Below are positions 1-6,604 of a stretch of DNA of 25,447 nt, one piece after another. Below the pieces are notes generated by a model. It was not told the DNA's origin. It saw nothing but the letters and a program-made list of their open reading frames with translations, and ran no database searches. How positions within the stretch are numbered: position 1 is the first letter of the stretch; the number at the start of each line of letters is the position of its first letter. Location of the stretch: the IMG/VR virus record IMGVR_UViG_3300033076_000130, positions 1 through 25,447 of that record; one strand, written 5' to 3'. Source of the DNA: a virus. Taxonomy: Duplodnaviria; Caudoviricetes. The position numbers and the translations under genes are program-made.

Positions 1-443
1 AATTCGTTTTTTTCATTGGTATCTTGCAAGGGAACCATGCTTAGAAATCGATATCGGCAACCCCAATGGTCTAGCAGTTGTTTTGCTGCGGCAATGTTGG
101 CCATGTCTCTAATTAAATAGCCACGTTCGCAAGCAAACTTCTTTACGTATTCAGCAGGCAATTCGCTACCTGCTGACCAATACACATTGCCGCCCTCAAT
201 CCAACGATCTCCAACATAACGATCTTCTCTGCTGGTGTTTGTCCACATAATCCAGACTTCGTCATTTGGACCAATTTTGTTTCTCTGATTGCACTCTAAC
301 AGGCTCCAAAGTATGTAACTGTTACCGGCTCCGCATAGTCCCCAGTTTTCAAACTTTTCAAACTCCATACCCAGTGCATCTGCCCAAGTAGGCCAGCGCC
401 AATATTGTGTAAAGCTGCATCCAAAAGTATAAAGTTTAGACAT
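1..443 (-). CDS. SGNH/GDSL hydrolase-like protein, 3'-truncated by the window edge (not in the ORF track)
   Basis: Manual translation from ATG at 443: MSKLYTFGCSFTQYWRWPTWADALG...NWGLCGAGNSYI...IMWTNTSRED. GCSF (block I-like) and GxGN (block II-like) motifs; open to the window edge; start overlaps the stop of the upstream 280-aa ORF. Confidence 0.7.
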   Translation of the reverse strand, partial: MSKLYTFGCSFTQYWRWPTWADALGMEFEKFENWGLCGAGNSYILWSLLECNQRNKIGPNDEVWIMWTNTSREDRYVGDRWIEGGNVYWSAGSELPAEYVKKFACERGYLIRDMANIAAAKQLLDHWGCRYRFLSMVPLQDTNEKNE

Positions 444-1278
444 GGTGTTTTCCAAAAAGTTGACTTTGTTCCCACAAATGATCTGTTATGGTTACGCCAC
501 GTTGTTCAAACCAGCTACGTTCAAATCTCCAATCCTTCAAGGATGAGTGTTCAAAATTACTAGCTGTGTGTCTCCCAACTGGCAGTTGCGTATGATAGTA
601 TCTATATCTAAATAACTCAATGAGTTGAAATTCGCTCATGACCATTGTCTGACTATTTGGGTCGTATGCAACTAATTTTTGTTGTTCAAACAATTCAAGA
701 TGCAACTCAAACAAATTTTTCTGATGTATCGATTCAACTTTGTCTCGTAGTCCTTGTAGTAGGTCTTTCTGTATTAATCTAAACGGAACTCCACTTAGAC
801 ACCAATACTCATCTTCATTGACTACCCAAGGTTTATCGCAATCCAGCATGTTTTGAACATACAACCGATTTCCGATATCTACAGATGTTGGCTCAGTTCT
901 TATTGTTGCACTAACTGTGTCAATCACCGGCTTTTCAGTGAACACAACATCAGCATCAACTACTAACCAGCGGCCTCCAGTGACAAATTTATCTAGGTAT
1001 AGCTTTACAAGTTGTTGCCTAAACCAACCGCCTGTTTGCACACGCTCCATTCCAGAAAACTCGCTAAAATAGTGGAATGTAATGTTGAGACCCGGAAAGC
1101 ATTGTGTGATGTATTGGCGACAATCGTCTACGTAGGTAGGCCAGTTCTTTAGACCAAAATCATCGATAATAATGTCAATAGGAAAACCTGCGGCATGTTG
1201 TTGTATGCTACGCAGGTTTAATATTTGGGTAAAAAAGTAACCCGGAAAAGTGGTTATTACAATACGATCAATGTTCAC
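436..1278 (-). CDS. Putative GT-A fold glycosyltransferase-like protein (DUF6492-like)
   Basis: 280 aa, GTG start. GWFRQQLVKL followed by a hydrophobic strand and DxD (LVVDADVVF); MSEF near the C-terminus. Confidence 0.55.
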   Translation of the reverse strand: MNIDRIVITTFPGYFFTQILNLRSIQQHAAGFPIDIIIDDFGLKNWPTYVDDCRQYITQCFPGLNITFHYFSEFSGMERVQTGGWFRQQLVKLYLDKFVTGGRWLVVDADVVFTEKPVIDTVSATIRTEPTSVDIGNRLYVQNMLDCDKPWVVNEDEYWCLSGVPFRLIQKDLLQGLRDKVESIHQKNLFELHLELFEQQKLVAYDPNSQTMVMSEFQLIELFRYRYYHTQLPVGRHTASNFEHSSLKDWRFERSWFEQRGVTITDHLWEQSQLFGKHHV

Positions 1279-1281
1279 GCA

Positions 1282-2985
1282 TTACTTACCAAGGGCAAGT
1301 CGCTTGAGTTGATTAAGTTGATCGCTTTCTTCTAAACCAAAGTTAGTCCAGTTGCCGGTGTATTCTTCTAAAGGGGCAATGCTGCCAGATACTACGCTGC
1401 ACTCTTCTAGTCCGTGTTCTGGACAGTATGCGCCGGCTTCAGACATGTTGCATTGGCCTTCTGCTACACCTTCTTTATTCCAGCCACGGGCTTGCGCTGA
1501 TTCCCAACCAAGATTCCACTGACTGGCTTCTTCGCTACCTGGCGTATAAGGGCACGTAGTAACATCGTCGTGGAACGCTTTGTATCCTGCGGCCCATGCG
1601 TCTTGACCTGTGCCTTCTGCTACACCTTGTTCTTCAACTTCTTGTGGTAGTTGTTCGTCAGCAGCAACTTCTTGTCCCAAAGCGTCGGCATCAACTTCGT
1701 TGTCTGTGGGTTCTGGTTGATCGAGTTGAATTTGATCTAGCACTGATTGGAAGTCAGGCATGTTGGACAATTGTTGCATACGGGTTATAACAATGCTTCT
1801 TGCATCTGCATTAGCGTCTGCATCTGCTAGCTCTTCTAATTGATCAAACAATTCATCGTCGCCAAAAATATCATACAATTGTTCTTTAGCGTTGGTAGCA
1901 TCCGGACCAACTGGGAAATCCTTGCTTAACAAATCAACTAATGTCTGTCTTGCTTCTGGTGTTTCTGGAATCGCCCAGGTGCCTTCTACTAAGTTGTTGA
2001 TCCACGATTCAAAAATCTGTGCTTCTTTCATGCTGTTCGATTCCTTTGTAATGCGGGCCAGTATTGGCAACGCTTCTTCAATTCTGTGATCAATGGTTTG
2101 TTCTACAAATAGTTGTTTGAGATCTTCAACTACTAAATTGCCGCCTGTTACTTCTGTGGGGCTCCACGATTCAAAATAACCTTGGTATCCGCGATTAGTT
2201 CCAAGATGTTTAAGCACAGAGTGCATATTTTTATAATATGCATCAGTTTGTTCTACTAGACTTTTAGTATCGCCTTCTAAAATCTTGCCAGCATTGGCTC
2301 TGCGGAAACGACTTAATACTGATAACTCCTCAACAATTTCATTGATATGTTGCCCACGGACGTCATACGGGAATCCACCTTGACGCACATGCTCGAGCAT
2401 TGCTTTGCCGGCCATTAGGCTACGGCTTTTTAACTTGAAACGCTCACCCTCGGAAGTTTCAACATAAATGCTTTCAATGAAACGAAAGCGAGCTTCGTCT
2501 TCGTTTAGAGATTTCTTGTGTTTAATAATAAGGCGTGCTTCGGTTGGTTTCCCGTTCCAGCTTATATTGCCTTTGCCTTGCCACGATTCTAACAAGCCTT
2601 CTGTGACAGTAGCTTGTGTGTCGCGAACATATCTTTCTTTGCTAATGTTTGCTGGCTCAAACATCAAGAAATTCTTAGTTGCAAGTTGCTTAATTTGATA
2701 CATGAAATTAAACCACTCAGTCTTGTCGTCGCCTTCCATTGTTTTACCAATGTTGTCACCAAACATCAATGTGATGTTTTTGCTGTTGACATAGATAACA
2801 ACTGTTCCGTAATTTCTGCCGGAACTCGGCACATAATCAAATACAAATTTATCAGCTTGGCTGTTGTCGGGTTCTCCCTCTGCGTTAACCGGGGGATTAT
2901 TTGTTTTGCTATCCAGGGCTTTTAAGTCAAAGTTTTTGCTGACCAAAAGATCATAAAGTTGTTGTGATGCTGTATTTTGTGCCAT
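1282..2985 (-). CDS. Probable head-internal/virion protein, modular, with an acidic C-terminal half and an embedded RMF-like module
   Basis: 567 aa directly downstream of terminase with its own TAAATA. Many hydrophobic-x-E sites (LLE, LNE, MKE, LVE, GVAE twice, MSE, LEE). Confidence 0.55.
   Translation of the reverse strand: MAQNTASQQLYDLLVSKNFDLKALDSKTNNPPVNAEGEPDNSQADKFVFDYVPSSGRNYGTVVIYVNSKNITLMFGDNIGKTMEGDDKTEWFNFMYQIKQLATKNFLMFEPANISKERYVRDTQATVTEGLLESWQGKGNISWNGKPTEARLIIKHKKSLNEDEARFRFIESIYVETSEGERFKLKSRSLMAGKAMLEHVRQGGFPYDVRGQHINEIVEELSVLSRFRRANAGKILEGDTKSLVEQTDAYYKNMHSVLKHLGTNRGYQGYFESWSPTEVTGGNLVVEDLKQLFVEQTIDHRIEEALPILARITKESNSMKEAQIFESWINNLVEGTWAIPETPEARQTLVDLLSKDFPVGPDATNAKEQLYDIFGDDELFDQLEELADADANADARSIVITRMQQLSNMPDFQSVLDQIQLDQPEPTDNEVDADALGQEVAADEQLPQEVEEQGVAEGTGQDAWAAGYKAFHDDVTTCPYTPGSEEASQWNLGWESAQARGWNKEGVAEGQCNMSEAGAYCPEHGLEECSVVSGSIAPLEEYTGNWTNFGLEESDQLNQLKRLALGK
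1456..1628. repeat. Exact 17-bp direct repeat GCCTTCTGCTACACCTT (1456-1472 and 1612-1628), 156 bp apart, encoding GVAEG in frame on the minus strand
   Basis: Read directly from the sequence; period of 52 codons. Confidence 0.92.
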
Positions 2986-2992
2986 AGTATCT

Positions 2993-2998
2993 TATTTA
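2993..2998 (-). promoter_or_regulatory. T4-type late promoter core TAAATA, 7 nt before the ATG at 2985; overlaps the terminase stop codon
   Basis: Minus strand GGTAAATAAGATACT-ATG; matches the 3' six bases of the T4 late consensus TATAAATA. Confidence 0.65.
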
Positions 2999-4564
2999 CC
3001 GCATTACAATGAAAGGCATGGGTTCAATCATCACGTCACCATGATCCCGCATTTGATTGTCCATTTCAGTGTGAAAACTCTGTAATTGTTGCATCATGCG
3101 AATTGCAAGTAATGTGCTCATCACAAGATCGTCTGTTTCCCCGGGTTTAGCAGCATAACTTGTGCCGTGTGCCACAAATGTTTTGAGCTCAGATACCAGC
3201 GGAGCACTACGAACCTTCATGCGCCCAGATTCAACCAGCACTTTGAGCTTGTTACAAGCTGTTAGTTTGGCTTTGTTTGTAGTGTTAAACCCTTTGCGGA
3301 ACCTACGGCCGCTTGCACCAGTTACTGTCCCGTCGCTTAAAAAGTAGCCTGGGATATTTTCTTCGCCGTATTCTGCAATAGATATCAAAGCAGCTTCGCC
3401 GATAGTATTATTTTCCACAGAATAATAAATTGAATTAGGGTTCTTAACGTATTCATTGATATGCTTAACAATGTCAGCTAGTATTCTAATTTGCGTTGGG
3501 ATGTCAGTTTTATTGTGCCTCCACTCGCCGATTTGCTCTGTAGTATTAGCTTCGAATATTTGTATAGCTGCGGGGTCACCACCTGTGCCTAAACTGGGGT
3601 CAAGAGATACAACATAAAATTTATTAGGGTCGGGACGTTTATACCAACGAACTTGACCAGTTTTGTAAAGAGGCTCTATACCCTGCAAGTCCAATAGTTT
3701 AATAGGAGCAATCAGCGTTTCATCGTTAATAATGAACTCGCAGCCAATCTCTCGACGGAAACGATCAGTGCCTAACTGTGCTTCCATATCCTTGCCCCAC
3801 TTTTCATCGCGGTCTGGGTGTTCTTGCCAATAGCTGCGATAACTCTTGAATCCGTTTGTGCCAACATCAGTTGGATTGCCGTATTCATCTTCGCACTTGT
3901 TGGCCATCTTCCAAATCAACGCAAACTGATCTTCGTCTGAGTTAGGGGTAGATGTAATAATCGCTTTACCACCAGTTGCTAGTGTAGGGCTAATAGAAGT
4001 CCAAAACTCCTGAGCAATAGTAGGTCTAACGAATGCAAATTCGTCACAATACAAAAGTGAAATAGACATACCACGACCGGTATTTTCTGTTGTTGTAGCA
4101 GATACAATACGTGATCCGTTTTCAAAGTCTATGCTACCCTTGTTGTAACTAGTAACACCGGCACGAATATGGTCTGGGCACAATTCATATGCAAAGCGAA
4201 TACGCTGCATAATCTCTTGTGAACCTGTGTATTTGTGTGCTGCAATAAGGATAGTTGAATCTGGTACAAACATTGCATACCACAACAAGTAACCAGCTGC
4301 CGAGGTCGACTTGCCTGTTTGTCGCGGCATCATCGATATCGAATAACGATAATTGTGATATGTATGAATTAACTTTTTCTGGTATTCATAGGGATGGTAT
4401 AACATCTTGCCCCGTGTGGGGTGTTGGATGTAGAAAAAGTGATCCATGAAGTATTCTGGACCAGTTATAGGATCTGCACATTGAACAAACTCCATGAGTT
4501 GTTCTTCGGTGAAAATCTGTTTCTTATGCGGGGCTTTAACTAATACGCCTTCTAAAGTGCTCAT
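2996..4564 (-). CDS. terL: Terminase large subunit (T4 gp17-like)
   Basis: Q-motif YEYQ, Walker A PRQTGKS, Walker B LLYCDEFAF, motif III ITSTPN, nuclease domain SLDPSLG ... VENN ... DDLVM. Confidence 0.97.
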   Translation of the reverse strand: MSTLEGVLVKAPHKKQIFTEEQLMEFVQCADPITGPEYFMDHFFYIQHPTRGKMLYHPYEYQKKLIHTYHNYRYSISMMPRQTGKSTSAAGYLLWYAMFVPDSTILIAAHKYTGSQEIMQRIRFAYELCPDHIRAGVTSYNKGSIDFENGSRIVSATTTENTGRGMSISLLYCDEFAFVRPTIAQEFWTSISPTLATGGKAIITSTPNSDEDQFALIWKMANKCEDEYGNPTDVGTNGFKSYRSYWQEHPDRDEKWGKDMEAQLGTDRFRREIGCEFIINDETLIAPIKLLDLQGIEPLYKTGQVRWYKRPDPNKFYVVSLDPSLGTGGDPAAIQIFEANTTEQIGEWRHNKTDIPTQIRILADIVKHINEYVKNPNSIYYSVENNTIGEAALISIAEYGEENIPGYFLSDGTVTGASGRRFRKGFNTTNKAKLTACNKLKVLVESGRMKVRSAPLVSELKTFVAHGTSYAAKPGETDDLVMSTLLAIRMMQQLQSFHTEMDNQMRDHGDVMIEPMPFIVMR

Positions 4565-4569
4565 GCCTT

Positions 4570-4575
4570 TATTTA
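4570..4575 (-). promoter_or_regulatory. Late promoter core TAAATA, 5 nt before the terminase ATG (second copy at 4580-4585)
   Basis: Minus strand CTAAATAATCGTAAATAAAGGC-ATG. Confidence 0.6.
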
Positions 4576-4578
4576 CGA

Positions 4579-4845
4579 TTATTTAGATTGATTTAAAGCA
4601 AACCAAGCCGGTGTTCCCGGGCGTATCCCTAAACGTTTTGCCTCGTCCCTGAGTTTAAAATGCTCGTCTTGTATTTGTTGGCGCTTGTGTGCATCGTAAG
4701 CTGCTGTCACTGATGCAGGAGTTAGTGTGCCTAGTGTGCCTTGACCTTGCAAAGCAAAAAGAGGATCGCTAGGGTCTAAGTAGCAATCCTCGTTGGAGTT
4801 TGTATATTGTAAGTTACTAGAACTAAAACGTATTTCTCTTGTCAT
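4579..4845 (-). CDS. Hypothetical protein (88 aa)
   Basis: Fills the gap between nuclease and terminase; ATGA overlap with the upstream gene; C-terminal GIRPGTPAWF motif. Confidence 0.7.
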   Translation of the reverse strand: MTREIRFSSSNLQYTNSNEDCYLDPSDPLFALQGQGTLGTLTPASVTAAYDAHKRQQIQDEHFKLRDEAKRLGIRPGTPAWFALNQSK

Positions 4846-5549
4846 TGTCCTACATTAAAACGCATGCCAGTAGCTTGCTCTACTACGCTAACTGGGACTT
4901 GATACTTGGGCAAGTCTTGCACAGGCAGTGGAGCGTTTGGCATTAGGTATGCCATTGCTTGACGACTGTTCTTTTCGTAAATAATTTTGTATAAGCGAGT
5001 CGGAATGCCTAAGCCGTTGCCAGTTACAGGATGGCCTTGATCAAAAATTCCACCGGAAACAATATAGAAGTCCCCACCTTTCGAAGCCCAGTCTCTTTCC
5101 CATGTCTCTAGTTGCTTCCAAATGCCACGATTGTTGTTGGCAACTTGGGCTACCATGTTTGTGAGCAAAAAACTTTCACTCATGATTTGATCATTTTGTG
5201 TGTTGTTGCCAGCAGGTGCCATGTGTCCACGGTCATGTGTCTTACCTACAGTAGCATAGTCAGCTAGCGTTGCTTGACATTGCTGGAATACTTGTGGATC
5301 AGCACGGAAGTTGTCTTTGCGTTTTGCCGGGCCGGTCATTGATTCTCGAGTTAAATGCTCAAATACTGCAACTGGTGCCTTTACTGAACATTTGTGGATT
5401 ACTGCATAGTTAGTGCGGCATAGCTCCTGATCGCCTGGTTGTGCTTGATATGCCACAGGACCGTTGGGGAGGAACTGTGGGCATTGTTGTGCAATCTGTG
5501 CAAAAACTGACAGAGGTAGGAATAGAAGGGTTATAATTATTTTTTTCAT
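4842..5549 (-). CDS. Sugar-non-specific DNA/RNA endonuclease (Serratia NucA/EndoG family) with Sec signal peptide
   Basis: DRGHMAP catalytic motif; ESFLLTNMVAQ...NNRGIWKQLE; IPTRLYKI; N-terminal MKKIIITLLFLPLSVFA signal peptide. Confidence 0.93.
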   Translation of the reverse strand: MKKIIITLLFLPLSVFAQIAQQCPQFLPNGPVAYQAQPGDQELCRTNYAVIHKCSVKAPVAVFEHLTRESMTGPAKRKDNFRADPQVFQQCQATLADYATVGKTHDRGHMAPAGNNTQNDQIMSESFLLTNMVAQVANNNRGIWKQLETWERDWASKGGDFYIVSGGIFDQGHPVTGNGLGIPTRLYKIIYEKNSRQAMAYLMPNAPLPVQDLPKYQVPVSVVEQATGMRFNVGQ

Positions 5550-5935
5550 CTTGGGTATCCGTTAAACGGTTTGATAGGACTGACTTTGTCAACGTCCGTT
5601 GCTTCTTCACTGGCTTGAGTGCCAATGCGAACAGCATCACTAGCAGGTAGCCCCATTGCTTGTAATGCATCTCTGATGTAATCTACAACATGTGGGTCGT
5701 AGCTTACAACAATTTCATTTTCGCCAAAAATAGATTCTTTGTGGAATCCATCGACTCCGTCTTCTGCACGTTTTTTTGCACCCTTGGCGCCAGCAATCGC
5801 AACACCAAAGCGATATTGTAAGTAAGGGTCTTGGTTTTTAAGTGCAGGAATTTTAAAAGCACCAGGTAAGGCACGACCCACATCAGCAGTAATCGAGCCT
5901 GTGCGGCCTTCTTTCATGAACTCTCGGGCTCTCAT
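5546..5935 (-). CDS. Small probable head-internal protein, paralog of the adjacent gene
   Basis: N-terminus MRAREFMKE, C-terminus KVSPIKPFNGYPR; ATGA-coupled on both sides. Confidence 0.65.
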   Translation of the reverse strand: MRAREFMKEGRTGSITADVGRALPGAFKIPALKNQDPYLQYRFGVAIAGAKGAKKRAEDGVDGFHKESIFGENEIVVSYDPHVVDYIRDALQAMGLPASDAVRIGTQASEEATDVDKVSPIKPFNGYPR

Positions 5936-6303
5936 CTAGCGTAGCCTTTGAAACCCTTAATTGGACTAACTTTGTGTGTATCGTCCATTTCCATGCTTTT
6001 ACTAAACGGAACAACTGCTTTGTGTTCAGTAGGAATCGTGGCCATTGCTTGATGTAACATATTATGCTCTTCCTCTGTGTAAGGATGAGCTGTGTTATAT
6101 TTTTCGACATAGCTCGCATTGTCCATGTCCACGGGCTTTTTACTCTTGCCGTCTGCTTTGGCCATGGCCATCATAATACGGTTCATGTGATAAGTGCGGT
6201 CATAGCCGCCCTTATCTCGGAGTTTATGGGTACCTTGAGTTGCCTGTTCGGCTCTCTTAGGCATCTTACCTTCTCCTTCAACTATGAACTCGTGTGCTCT
6301 CAT
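5932..6303 (-). CDS. Small probable head-internal protein (123 aa; start corrected to ATG 6303)
   Basis: ATG at 6303 lies just after the upstream stop (6306) and gives MRAHEFIVE, matching the paralog; C-terminus KVSPIKGFKGYAR. Confidence 0.7.
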   Translation of the reverse strand: MRAHEFIVEGEGKMPKRAEQATQGTHKLRDKGGYDRTYHMNRIMMAMAKADGKSKKPVDMDNASYVEKYNTAHPYTEEEHNMLHQAMATIPTEHKAVVPFSKSMEMDDTHKVSPIKGFKGYAR

Positions 6304-6305
6304 TA

Positions 6306-6602
6306 TTATTCGCCTACGTAGCTGCCACCGCCAGTAACACCAGCTGTGCCAGAACTTGCTGTTCCACATTCTGCTGCTGTAAAGTTTGAACCAGTGATAG
6401 TAAGGTAGTTGCCTACGCCCACATACTTGTATTCAGTCTTGTAAGCAGGAACGCTAACAGCGTTTGAGTAAATGCTGTTAGCAAAGCTAGGGGCAAGCCA
6501 AACTTGATAGGTAACCGCGGTGTTACCTGTTGAGATTTCTACTTTGTCTGTTTGCCAAACAACGTTGGCAACCGCGGTGTATACATTTGCTTGACTTGAC
6601 AT
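6306..6602 (-). CDS. Hypothetical small beta-rich protein, possibly virion decoration
   Basis: 98 aa, rich in V/T/S/A/Y, tightly packed in the late operon. Confidence 0.65.
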   Translation of the reverse strand: MSSQANVYTAVANVVWQTDKVEISTGNTAVTYQVWLAPSFANSIYSNAVSVPAYKTEYKYVGVGNYLTITGSNFTAAECGTASSGTAGVTGGGSYVGE

Positions 6603-6604
6603 AA

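Noticed and set aside
114-614. Plus-strand TAAATA hexamers inside coding regions
   Set aside because: Antisense, with no downstream gene; a 6-mer occurs by chance in AT-rich DNA, so only start-proximal copies were called.
2996-4564. Intein or intron in terminase
   Set aside because: 522 aa with continuous ATPase and nuclease motifs; no splicing motifs or extra length.
6304-6369. ORF-track N-terminal extension MWNSKFWHSW... of the 145-aa ORF
   Set aside because: Overlaps the upstream gene; ATG 6303 matches the paralog's start.
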